Source of the DNA: a virus
Taxonomy: Duplodnaviria > Caudoviricetes
Reading direction: 5' to 3' (one strand)
DNA: 59,682 bases
IMG/VR virus record: IMGVR_UViG_3300043466_003081
Span: 1 to 59,682 of that record
Positions 1 through 7,193 of this stretch are shown one piece after another. Each line of letters begins with the position of its first letter. Positions within the stretch are counted from its first letter, which is position 1. The notes beneath the pieces are model-generated. The model searched no databases. It was not told the DNA's origin and saw only the letters and a program-made list of their open reading frames with translations. A program made the translations under genes and the position numbers.

Positions 1-528
1 TAGCTCTGCTACAGTCCAAATTGTGGAACCGTAGACCACAACATCATTCTGTTTCAGCTTATCCTTTTCAACAGTAGCATGACGAGGATTACCTGTTCCA
101 GCCAACGGTACAAGTTTAACAGTATAAGGTTTCACTTCCTCAAGAGCATCTTTCTTAAATGCCTTGATAGCGTTGTTAGCGTCACCGCGAATCTCAAGTA
201 CTAGCTCACCAGCAGTATTGGTACCGATGTGGATACCATACACTTCTTCACCGATAACTTTGAATAGCTTAGACATGGTTTTCTTTTCCTCTTTTGTGTT
301 GCCGATTACTGTGTAGTTGCTTAGGGTATAGTTATCACCATCATACAAGGTACAATCGTTTAAACCTTTAGTATTGTAGTCTTGACCTTCCCAACGTTCT
401 AAGGGACGGCAACTTGCTGTGTCTGCTCTGTCATTTCTAAGATGAATCTTGTAGACTTCAAGAGGCACCTTGTTACGTCGATGCTTTAGAACATCACCTT
501 CTTTTAGATACTTTAGTACTACTGCCAT
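1..528 (-). CDS. hypothetical protein, truncated at window edge; possible internal in-frame start at 276
   Basis: Translated by hand (not in ORF track): open from ATG 528 (MAVVLKYLKEG...) to the window start. An internal GAGG-N11-ATG gives MSKLFKVIGEEV... Confidence 0.6.
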   Translation of the reverse strand, partial: MAVVLKYLKEGDVLKHRRNKVPLEVYKIHLRNDRADTASCRPLERWEGQDYNTKGLNDCTLYDGDNYTLSNYTVIGNTKEEKKTMSKLFKVIGEEVYGIHIGTNTAGELVLEIRGDANNAIKAFKKDALEEVKPYTVKLVPLAGTGNPRHATVEKDKLKQNDVVVYGSTIWTVAEL

Positions 529-680
529 TTTACCCCCAAGGTGTCTTTCCCAAATACAACGTAAAAGGGATTAGTGATTGCTGATGGAGCCTCTGAATAG
601 CTCATGTGTTCATGATGGTCCCAGTCGTCTTCGTTCCAAGCCTTGTGCTCCTTTATCAGGTTAAACTCTGCTTTACTCAT
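519..680 (-). CDS. hypothetical protein
   Basis: ORF 519..746 in track; the ATG at 680 overlaps the end of the upstream hydrolase gene and is the likelier start. Confidence 0.45.
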   Translation of the reverse strand: MSKAEFNLIKEHKAWNEDDWDHHEHMSYSEAPSAITNPFYVVFGKDTLGVKWQ

Positions 681-1029
681 AGAACGTATGTTCGCCATAG
701 CGTCCGATCCTTTTTCTGGTTTTAAAGAAACCTTTACGAGGTCCACTGTGAAAGAACAAAGCGTTTGTACCGGGTAACTCTGTGTAACCCCAGTACACTT
801 CTCCTGCCATAGTCACTGAGTCTAAGAAGACAGCTTCAGTAATAGGCAGGTCTTTGTTAGACCAAGAGAACTGTTTAGGCTGGTAGACTACCTCACAAAT
901 AGTTGCTGGGAAGTCTTCGTGTTTAACTCTGTTCATGATAACCTCAGCTACAAGTAACTGAGCATCAATAGTTTCTGAACGAGCTTCGTGGTAGAGAGCT
1001 AGGGCTAAGCATAAGATACTTTCTAGCAT
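673..1029 (-). CDS. SleB-like cell wall hydrolase (Hydrolase_2 family)
   Basis: CLALALYHEARSE...VAEVIMNRV...FPATICEVVYQPKQFSW...ALFFH...IGRYGEHTFY signature; strong GGAGG RBS. Confidence 0.88.
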   Translation of the reverse strand: MLESILCLALALYHEARSETIDAQLLVAEVIMNRVKHEDFPATICEVVYQPKQFSWSNKDLPITEAVFLDSVTMAGEVYWGYTELPGTNALFFHSGPRKGFFKTRKRIGRYGEHTFYE

Positions 1030-1043
1030 GCTACCTCCTTTGT

Positions 1044-1244
1044 TTAGAAAGGAATCAGTAGAGACTCCACGTATTGCATGTGATTTTCACTCATCTCTGC
1101 TAGGTCTTCATCAGTTATCTCTTTCCAAGTTGAGTTGTCTAAGGAACGCTCGATGTATCTCCAGTCTCGACATCGATAGTACCAAACTGTTCCGTCGAAC
1201 TCTGTGTAAGAGTTCAAAGGATCTATGCGGCAGTCATCGCACAT
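1044..1244 (-). CDS. hypothetical protein
   Basis: 66-aa ORF in the minus-strand gene run. Confidence 0.5.
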   Translation of the reverse strand: MCDDCRIDPLNSYTEFDGTVWYYRCRDWRYIERSLDNSTWKEITDEDLAEMSENHMQYVESLLIPF

Positions 1245-1389
1245 TATCCCACCTTGTTGGCATTGAAGTTACCATAGACCACAGCAAAGAGTAGATAGCT
1301 TGCTCATAGTTACCTACCCAACTGTAGTAGCATGCCATACCTAGCCAAAGAGTAGACGCTACTAGTAGTACTAAGTTTAGAAGTTTCAT
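1234..1389 (-). CDS. small hydrophobic (membrane) protein, 51 aa
   Basis: Translated by hand: MKLLNLVLLVASTLWLGMACYYSWVGNYEQAIYSLLWSMVTSMPTRWDNVR; AAGGA RBS; fills the gap between genes. Confidence 0.5.
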   Translation of the reverse strand: MKLLNLVLLVASTLWLGMACYYSWVGNYEQAIYSLLWSMVTSMPTRWDNVR

Positions 1390-1399
1390 AAGGTTTCCT

Positions 1400-1822
1400 T
1401 TAGTTGTTAGTGTAGTCTATTGTTACCCCTGCTTCTTGTAACATTGATCGTGCTACTGTGAAGTTACGATACCAAGAAGACCAAGGTTCAGGTGCAGGTG
1501 CTACTACCCTACTGATTCCTCGTTGTATAGCTAACCCTGCACAAGTACTGCAGAGAAAGCTGGTGCAGTAAAGAGTGGCTCCGTGGCAGTCGTTAGAAGA
1601 GAGAAGAGCATAAGCCTCTGCATGCACTACAATTAGGTTCTTATACTCTTTGTCTGACCAGCGGGTATCGGTGTTAGCGATACCTTTAGGAAACTGGTTG
1701 AAGCCTCTAGTGAGGACTTTCCCGTTTCTTGCAACTACGCAACCTACTTTTTTGTTAGGGTCTAGAGACCAAGAAGCTTGTTCTTGTGCTAACTTGAACA
1801 AAAAGTGATCTCGATCATTCAT
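1400..1822 (-). CDS. dCMP deaminase
   Basis: S.DPNKKVGCVV, GFNQFPKG, VHAE and CSTC Zn-binding motifs; start at 1822 couples with the upstream stop (ATGA). Confidence 0.88.
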   Translation of the reverse strand: MNDRDHFLFKLAQEQASWSLDPNKKVGCVVARNGKVLTRGFNQFPKGIANTDTRWSDKEYKNLIVVHAEAYALLSSNDCHGATLYCTSFLCSTCAGLAIQRGISRVVAPAPEPWSSWYRNFTVARSMLQEAGVTIDYTNN

Positions 1823-2001
1823 TCTAGTTCCTCTGTACAATCACAGTCGTAAACGTACTCTGACCAGATAGAGTCGTAAGCTACGTCCATTTTAGCTTTC
1901 CAATGGCCAACTCCTTCAGGACTCACTCTTGCTGAGATTGCAAGTACTAGAACATACATTGTAAGCAGGAAGATAGCGAAGTCTCTCATGTTCTGGATCA
2001 T
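1819..2001 (-). CDS. hypothetical membrane protein
   Basis: N-terminal hydrophobic helix; ATGA overlaps with neighbours. Confidence 0.55.
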   Translation of the reverse strand: MIQNMRDFAIFLLTMYVLVLAISARVSPEGVGHWKAKMDVAYDSIWSEYVYDCDCTEELE

Positions 2002-2513
2002 TTGTTTTCTCCTTTGATCTCTGCTATGAGGTCTTTGATACGTTTATTGTAAGCTCCAGCACCACTGTGCATAGCGCTGTTATAGCGTAGTGCTGACTCT
2101 AGTAGTTCTACAGACTTTTCTAGTAGCAACTCCTTCTCATGTAGTTTTTCAGCTAGTCGATCAGAAACAGCAGAGTGATTCTTTACTGCTTCTTCAAGAT
2201 GCTCTACTGGGCATTTTCCTTCGTAAGTTTGCCAAAGTAAGTTGTAGTAGCCTAGCCTAGCTTCAAGGGCTTCGATCTTCTCCCCGTTGATGGCGTCGAG
2301 GTCATCCATAAGTTTGACTTTGGCAGTCAGGGCTTCGATGCGGTCGGTGGCGGGAAGGGCGCGCAGGGCGTTGATGATGGACGCAGGGCCAAAAGCGCGG
2401 TTTTCTTCTGCCGCCGCAAGCGCATCACCGCGCCGGATCAGGTCATGGTCACTCATGGCTCTCTCCTCAATAGTCTCAAGGTCGCCAAGCTGGTGTGCTT
2501 CGGTCCAGTTCAT
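1998..2513 (-). CDS. hypothetical coiled-coil protein with a GC-rich 5' half
   Basis: 171-aa ORF with GGAGG RBS; compositional shift near 2265. Confidence 0.6.
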   Translation of the reverse strand: MNWTEAHQLGDLETIEERAMSDHDLIRRGDALAAAEENRAFGPASIINALRALPATDRIEALTAKVKLMDDLDAINGEKIEALEARLGYYNLLWQTYEGKCPVEHLEEAVKNHSAVSDRLAEKLHEKELLLEKSVELLESALRYNSAMHSGAGAYNKRIKDLIAEIKGENK

Positions 2514-2575
2514 TTCGTCCTCCGATTTGGACAGTCTCTACCTTGATTACAGTTGTTGTTACAGGGTGGGCACAT
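2510..2575 (-). CDS. 21-aa Cys-rich peptide
   Basis: MCPPCNNNCNQGRDCPNRRTK; AAGGAG RBS; stop overlaps next ATG (ATGA). Confidence 0.55.
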   Translation of the reverse strand: MCPPCNNNCNQGRDCPNRRTK

Positions 2576-2602
2576 GGTTCTCTCCTTAGTTTGTTAACCT
2601 CC

Positions 2603-2624
2603 CACCTCTTAGCTATAAAGAAGA
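2603..2624 (+). promoter_or_regulatory. putative phage single-subunit RNAP promoter, copy 1
   Basis: CACCTCTTAGCTATAAAGAAGA, identical to 22639-22660; CTATA followed by purines as in T7/SP6 promoters. Confidence 0.6.
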
Positions 2625-2646
2625 ATGAGAGTTCTTTGGGGGTCGT

Positions 2647-2682
2647 CATCAGTGGTTCAGTTAGAAGAACTATGATGTTTTT
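2647..2682 (+). terminator. hairpin plus T5, candidate intrinsic terminator
   Basis: CATCA-g-TGGTTC / GAACTA-TGATG stem followed by TTTTT. Confidence 0.4.
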
Positions 2683-2736
2683 CCTACTTTCCGGTGACTA
2701 GCGTCAGCTATAGGGGGTAGGGGGCCATCATAGTGG

Positions 2737-3012
2737 TTAGTTAGAAGAGAGAAGAAATAAATCAGTCACATCTAACTTCTTTTCTTCTTCTTTCTTCTTA
2801 TACTGATCGAGTATCAACTGTGCTTCTTCTTGTGTTTTAACCACACAATAAAATAGCTGTAGATCTGGAAAGCGAAAAGTAGTCAACTCTGAGCATACAC
2901 CAGACCACTCATACACTGGTTTAGACCACCAGAGCATACCTGTTGTTCTTCCTGTTGATTTCCAAACCTGAGGAACATAGCCTTTAGTGACCACGACAAT
3001 ACGTGTTTTCAT
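2737..3012 (-). CDS. hypothetical protein
   Basis: ORF 2737..3132 in track; likelier start at MKTRIVVV (3012), just after the upstream stop, with GGAGG RBS. Confidence 0.55.
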   Translation of the reverse strand: MKTRIVVVTKGYVPQVWKSTGRTTGMLWWSKPVYEWSGVCSELTTFRFPDLQLFYCVVKTQEEAQLILDQYKKKEEEKKLDVTDLFLLSSN

Positions 3013-3013
3013 G

Positions 3014-3265
3014 TTACGCCTCCAGACGGTTGTGAACAGCCAACGGTACTTCATTATGACGTACCTTTGTCCAGTGTTCTTTAGCGAGACTAAACACATA
3101 GTCTCCCTGTTTGTAACTGTACTCGTAGTCAAGGTCAGCCCACATAATCTTTACCTTGTCTACAGTGATACGTGCCCACTTGTTACGTACAGGATGGTGA
3201 TACCAACCCTGTGCACAGTAGTAGCCACGGTTGTTGACGGTAGTTACAGCGGTGTCCTTGCTCAT
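3014..3265 (-). CDS. hypothetical protein
   Basis: 83-aa ORF, coupled to neighbours. Confidence 0.55.
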   Translation of the reverse strand: MSKDTAVTTVNNRGYYCAQGWYHHPVRNKWARITVDKVKIMWADLDYEYSYKQGDYVFSLAKEHWTKVRHNEVPLAVHNRLEA

Positions 3266-3561
3266 AGTCCTAGTTCCTTCTTTAGCTGTTCATATTGTGA
3301 GCGTTTGTAAGCTTGCTGTCGAGTAGCTTCTAATACTACTCTTTTATTGTACTCTTCTTCTGTCTCTCCACGATAGAAGATCCAACGTAGTTCTACTGAA
3401 CCTTCATAGTCTGTACAATATTCGAAGTAAACACCATCACAGCCAAATAGAGACTTAGCTCTTTCTTGTGCTGCTTTAGTTTCTGCTTCTATTGTGCTTG
3501 CAGGAGTTTCATATCCCCAGTTTATTACTTCTTCGACTAGGTTAAACTTACGACGAGTCAT
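3262..3561 (-). CDS. hypothetical protein
   Basis: 99-aa ORF, ATGA coupling, GGAGG RBS. Confidence 0.6.
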   Translation of the reverse strand: MTRRKFNLVEEVINWGYETPASTIEAETKAAQERAKSLFGCDGVYFEYCTDYEGSVELRWIFYRGETEEEYNKRVVLEATRQQAYKRSQYEQLKKELGL

Positions 3562-3830
3562 ACTGCCTCCAGTTGTTTGTAATGTTTCTTAAAGGGTCGA
3601 TAGTAAGGTTTAGTTTTTAACAACACCATACCATCCCCAAGAAAAGCTTCAATTCTAGCTTCATGTCCAGTATTTGAAATTCGAACTAACTCTCCTTTGC
3701 TAAAGGGACCTCCACCCTTCTTTTGTGGTGTAGTAGGTTCTTTTGATTCCGAATGCTTCAATTGCACGTGAGCATCCATCGCAAGGGCAACTTGACGCTG
3801 TACTTCCATCTTTACAAGTTCTAGCAACAT
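3558..3830 (-). CDS. hypothetical protein (start uncertain; overlaps the deaminase gene)
   Basis: The 3' half fills 3558-3700 and is coupled to the next gene. Confidence 0.4.
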   Translation of the reverse strand: MLLELVKMEVQRQVALAMDAHVQLKHSESKEPTTPQKKGGGPFSKGELVRISNTGHEARIEAFLGDGMVLLKTKPYYRPFKKHYKQLEAV

Positions 3831-4083
3831 AGAGAGTGCACTCCTTTAGTAGTTCGGTTCCATAGAGATTTATTGCCCTGACTATGCAGTCTATTTCTGC
3901 ATGCAAGTTTACACAGTCAGGATGTTTACTGTAGCGTAGCATCATAGGATGCGTTTTGTAGCGGTTGACTCCTGTGGCCAACAACCGGCCTCGGTAGTAG
4001 AGTCCCGCTGCATGTTTAGAGCGGAACACTGGTTCTGTTTTCCTAGCCAGCTCGATTATATGACTAGCGTGGCTTACTTCCAC
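3700..4083 (-). CDS. cytidine/dCMP deaminase-superfamily Zn protein (second deaminase)
   Basis: KHAAGLY...ATGVN...LHAEIDCI...LYVAR...SCPCDGC motifs (HxE + PCxxC). Confidence 0.78.
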   Translation of the reverse strand: MEVSHASHIIELARKTEPVFRSKHAAGLYYRGRLLATGVNRYKTHPMMLRYSKHPDCVNLHAEIDCIVRAINLYGTELLKECTLYVARTCKDGSTASSCPCDGCSRAIEAFGIKRTYYTTKEGWRSL

Positions 4084-4421
4084 GATCGACCTAGTTCAAA
4101 GACGTATTTGAAGTAGTCTTTTTCCATCATGTAGCTGTCTCTACACTTAGCAACTTTCCAAGCCTCTTCCCAAGGTTCTAACTTGTTAGTTAGGTAGTAA
4201 TCCTTTGGGCAACAAATTTTGAAAGTTTTAGGATCTGCACGATAGATAGTATGACTTCCAGTAGTCTCAACAATCAAACGACCATCTTGATCCTTACCGA
4301 TGTAATGAAAGTCACCCCAGCCGACAACAGTAAGTGGTTTAGTTAGGTCTAGCATAGTTTTCTCCGTAGCTATAGGTGTGTAATCTCGTTGACAGATAGA
4401 ACAGCTTCCAGATAAACACAT
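4074..4421 (-). CDS. hypothetical protein, paralog family member 3 (probable start 4355)
   Basis: LDLTKPL...FELGRSWK shared with the two neighbouring genes. Confidence 0.65.
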   Translation of the reverse strand: MCLSGSCSICQRDYTPIATEKTMLDLTKPLTVVGWGDFHYIGKDQDGRLIVETTGSHTIYRADPKTFKICCPKDYYLTNKLEPWEEAWKVAKCRDSYMMEKDYFKYVFELGRSWK

Positions 4422-4708
4422 TACTTCCAGCTCCTTCCTAGTTCGAATCCACGTTTAAAGATGTACTCCTCAGTACGATCGTCATCTTCCTCGATGCAGT
4501 ATTGATCGAAGGCTTTTTCCCAGTCTGGTTTTACGTTTTGTACCTTCCAAGTATCATCTATAAAGTTTTCTACTTTTCCAGTTTTTATGTTTACTCGATA
4601 AAGCAAGTTATTGTGGGTTAACACAACTACTAGCTCCTTACTAGGCATAGGTCCAATGTAAGCTACAGGATTGCCACGTAACTCTAGAGGTTTTGACCAG
4701 TCAATCAT
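4421..4708 (-). CDS. hypothetical protein, paralog family member 2
   Basis: IDWSKPL...W.KAF...FELGRSWK. Confidence 0.68.
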   Translation of the reverse strand: MIDWSKPLELRGNPVAYIGPMPSKELVVVLTHNNLLYRVNIKTGKVENFIDDTWKVQNVKPDWEKAFDQYCIEEDDDRTEEYIFKRGFELGRSWK

Positions 4709-5190
4709 TTCCAGCTCCTTCCTAGCTCAAAAGCTTCCTTAAAGGTTTGTTCAACACTGTAGTCTTGTTCTGCTGGTTGACCTTTCCATAGTTCGAAAGC
4801 TTGTTTCCACTCTTGTGGTGGGTTAGTTACTTGGACAAACCCTAGTTGACCTTGTACAAGCCCTGTGTCTTTGTAAGCAGCGTAAACTGTGCCATCTTCG
4901 GTTTCTACTACCCACTTGTCTCCTTTAAGATTATTAGTTAGTACTTTACATGAAAGAGGAGCTTGGCCTAGACCCTCGATTCGTAGCGGTTCTTTCCAGT
5001 TTACTGTCATTTTAAGTTTCCTAAATAGTGTATACTTGAGGTTTTTTAACCGACGAACACCTGTATTAGTTTCTATAGTCAGATAGCCGTTAGCGTCTTG
5101 TTTCAGTTGATAACGTTCACCATGTTGAGTCTCAATACAGTCTCCACGGCAAACATCATAAACTATATGGTCTCCATACTTCCAAGTCAT
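4705..5190 (-). CDS. hypothetical protein, paralog family member 1 (N-terminal extension; internal start 5010)
   Basis: VNWKEPL...WKQAF...FELGRSWK. Confidence 0.68.
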   Translation of the reverse strand: MTWKYGDHIVYDVCRGDCIETQHGERYQLKQDANGYLTIETNTGVRRLKNLKYTLFRKLKMTVNWKEPLRIEGLGQAPLSCKVLTNNLKGDKWVVETEDGTVYAAYKDTGLVQGQLGFVQVTNPPQEWKQAFELWKGQPAEQDYSVEQTFKEAFELGRSWK

Positions 5191-5411
5191 GTTGCTGTGT
5201 AAGTCCCTTCTGGTAGCCCGAGAGCGGTTAACGCTTCTCTTAGCTGTTGGTTTGTCATTTCTACGACTTCATAACGCTCATACTCTTCATTCCACTGACG
5301 AACAAAGACTCCCTGTTCATCGAGTAACCATTCAACATCTTCTAGTCGTCCACTGTCGTCTAGTACTGTTATGATCGACTCAGCGAACACATGCTCTACT
5401 GTGAAGGTCAC
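5187..5411 (-). CDS. hypothetical protein
   Basis: 74-aa acidic ORF, coupled. Confidence 0.6.
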   Translation of the reverse strand: MTFTVEHVFAESIITVLDDSGRLEDVEWLLDEQGVFVRQWNEEYERYEVVEMTNQQLREALTALGLPEGTYTAT

Positions 5412-5545
5412 TTGGTCACCGCCTGATACCAGAACAAACCTTCTTTATAGGTTGCTCCTGTAGTCAACCAGCCTAGACGAGTTAGTTTTGCTACATCAGA
5501 TAGTAGTTTAGATTCTGAGTAAGCACGAAGTACTTGTAGCATCAT
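5408..5545 (-). CDS. hypothetical protein, 45 aa
   Basis: Translated by hand: MMLQVLRAYSESKLL...WYQAVTK; GGAG RBS; GTGA overlap with the next gene. Confidence 0.5.
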   Translation of the reverse strand: MMLQVLRAYSESKLLSDVAKLTRLGWLTTGATYKEGLFWYQAVTK

Positions 5546-5581
5546 AGTAGCTCTCCGATAAAAAAAGCGAAGTGTAGAAGA

Positions 5582-5604
5582 CCCCCGCCGAAGCGGGGGG
5601 TTTT
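5582..5604. terminator. GC-rich hairpin, likely intrinsic terminator (possibly bidirectional)
   Basis: CCCCCGC-CGAA-GCGGGGG (cUUCGg loop on the minus strand); TTTT follows on plus, T-rich tail further on minus. Confidence 0.7.
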
Positions 5605-5663
5605 AGTCTATTCAGACATTCTTCAGGTATTCTGTGGTGTCTAGTCACAGCCTTTGTTTAGTC

Positions 5664-5780
5664 TCATAGAATAGCCTTGAGCACTTTCCTCAGTACAAAA
5701 CTTAGAACATCAGCTAGCACGTAAGCAGCTAACTTAGAACCTACCGTTACTGCGAGGAATTTTAGTACGAGTGCAATCAA
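5664..5780 (-). CDS. tiny hydrophobic protein, 38 aa (TTG start)
   Basis: MIALVLKFLAVTVGSKLAAYVLADVLSFVLRKVLKAIL; AAGGA RBS. Confidence 0.4.
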   Translation of the reverse strand: MIALVLKFLAVTVGSKLAAYVLADVLSFVLRKVLKAIL

Positions 5781-5795
5781 AGCTATTTCCTTTTC

Positions 5796-5897
5796 TTATT
5801 TCTTATATAGCCTAATTAATACAAGTAGAACTATTACTATCACTAGCAGCATAGGCCAAATAGCTGCCCAGTATAAGCTAAGCATTAAACTTAACAT
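5796..5897 (-). CDS. tiny single-TM protein, 33 aa
   Basis: MLSLMLSLYWAAIWPMLLVIVIVLLVLIRLYKK; GAGGAG RBS. Confidence 0.55.
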   Translation of the reverse strand: MLSLMLSLYWAAIWPMLLVIVIVLLVLIRLYKK

Positions 5898-6012
5898 AGT
5901 GTAAAAGCTCCTCTAGCTTTTTGAGTTTTTTTAATTCAAGCAAAAACTTGGCTACAGTGACCAAGCAGAGTATAGTCAGCGGGATAGTTGGCACAAGAAC
6001 TACTAGCTGCAT
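5878..6012 (-). CDS. tiny single-TM protein, 44 aa
   Basis: MQLVVLVPTIPLTILCLVTVAKFLLELKKLKKLEELLHYVKFNA. Confidence 0.45.
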   Translation of the reverse strand: MQLVVLVPTIPLTILCLVTVAKFLLELKKLKKLEELLHYVKFNA

Positions 6013-6104
6013 TTTTTACTCGCAATTGCTAGCAGTACGAAGGTAGCTTGTAGTGCTATTTTTAGTAACATAAAAGTACCTAGTACCATTAGCAGTGTTT
6101 GCAT
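6003..6104 (-). CDS. tiny single-TM protein, 33 aa
   Basis: MQTLLMVLGTFMLLKIALQATFVLLAIASKKCS; TAAGGAG RBS. Confidence 0.55.
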   Translation of the reverse strand: MQTLLMVLGTFMLLKIALQATFVLLAIASKKCS

Positions 6105-6115
6105 TTTGTTTCTCC

Positions 6116-6400
6116 TTACTTAAGGGTTGGTGGAGTGAAGCCTGGATAGTATCTGTCTAAAAACTTCGAAGTATTTCTCAACTTTTCGTTAAGTAAGCAA
6201 ACTTGAGCTTCAACAGAGTCATTACTCTCACGAACACAGCATGAATCATACTCTCTTATCAAACTATAGAAGTTATTTAGCCAAACTTCTTTCTGTTTTT
6301 CTTTTAGTTGTTTTTCTAAAGCTAACTGTTTTCTTTTTTCTCGATAGTAAGTTATCGCTGTAACAGTAATAAAGAGAAGTATAAAAAACAAGGTCAGCAT
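6116..6400 (-). CDS. membrane-anchored hypothetical protein
   Basis: Likely start MLTLFFILLFITVTAITYY at 6400 (GGAGG RBS); TM helix then coiled coil. Confidence 0.6.
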   Translation of the reverse strand: MLTLFFILLFITVTAITYYREKRKQLALEKQLKEKQKEVWLNNFYSLIREYDSCCVRESNDSVEAQVCLLNEKLRNTSKFLDRYYPGFTPPTLK

Positions 6401-6618
6401 TATAGCCTCCGTCCAGTGAAGGGTTTTTGTTCTGAAGCTATCTCGTACAATCTTTGCCAAGCTGCTTCGGTTGAAGCATAGTATACCTCAGCCCAGACGA
6501 ATCCGGACTGAAGTTTTCTGTTACAGACAAACTGTCCAAAACGAAACTCTGTTTGAAGAGTCCGATCGGTCATCCAAGTAGACCAAAGTTTCTTCAACTC
6601 TTCTTCTGTGAGTTCCAT
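6400..6618 (-). CDS. hypothetical protein
   Basis: 72 aa, AGGAGG RBS, RFGQFVCN motif. Confidence 0.65.
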   Translation of the reverse strand: MELTEEELKKLWSTWMTDRTLQTEFRFGQFVCNRKLQSGFVWAEVYYASTEAAWQRLYEIASEQKPFTGRRL

Positions 6619-6755
6619 TTAGGCCTCCTAAAAGTTACTGCTAGAGTCTCATCATGAAACTTTTGCAGCCAACCCTTTTTAAGTAGCAGGTCATAAACAG
6701 TCCGGTTCACCTGTAGGAGATTACCGGGTGATAGCTCTGCGTAGTATCGTACCAT
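6594..6755 (-). CDS. hypothetical protein
   Basis: Likely start MVRYYAEL with GAGG RBS. Confidence 0.45.
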   Translation of the reverse strand: MVRYYAELSPGNLLQVNRTVYDLLLKKGWLQKFHDETLAVTFRRPKWNSQKKS

Positions 6756-6930
6756 TGATTTCCTCTCTTTCAGGTTCGTAGTCTTTGTCAATAGCTTCTA
6801 CACACAGACGACCATAACGGCTTGTCTGCTCTCTTGAAAACTGTTTTGTTTCATCATAAGAAACAACAGCTCCGGTTTCAGCCCAAACAACTTTGGCTTC
6901 GTGGTTAATTGCGAACATCTTCTTCTCCAT
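6721..6930 (-). CDS. hypothetical protein
   Basis: 69-aa ORF downstream of a pseudoknot motif; true start may be 6918. Confidence 0.55.
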   Translation of the reverse strand: MEKKMFAINHEAKVVWAETGAVVSYDETKQFSREQTSRYGRLCVEAIDKDYEPEREEINGTILRRAITR

Positions 6931-6947
6931 CTCATGGGGGTTATAGT

Positions 6948-6980
6948 TGAGCAGTTAGTCGCTTGCTCAGGCCAAGACTC
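6948..6980 (-). repeat. pseudoknot motif copy (degenerate)
   Basis: Minus strand: AGTCttgGC-CTGAGCAA-GCGACT-AACTGCTCA; loop TGAGCA pairs with 3' TGCTCA. Confidence 0.6.
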
Positions 6981-7168
6981 TAGAGAGCCATCACCAGTTC
7001 GTAAACATAAGACCCTGCAAGAGTCTCAGTCACGTCTTCATGCAGATCAAGAGCTTTTTGCAAAGCTTCTTGTTTATTACCTGCCATGAAGTAATCACTT
7101 GTCATAAAACCGTTTTCACCGTCATCACTGGTGAAAGCCAGTTTAACAAAGTACGGCATTGCTCGCAT
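6980..7168 (-). CDS. hypothetical protein
   Basis: GGAGG-N5-ATG at 7168 (MRAMPYF...). Confidence 0.55.
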   Translation of the reverse strand: MRAMPYFVKLAFTSDDGENGFMTSDYFMAGNKQEALQKALDLHEDVTETLAGSYVYELVMAL

Positions 7169-7193
7169 AGGAGCCTCCATCGTTTGGGGTTGA

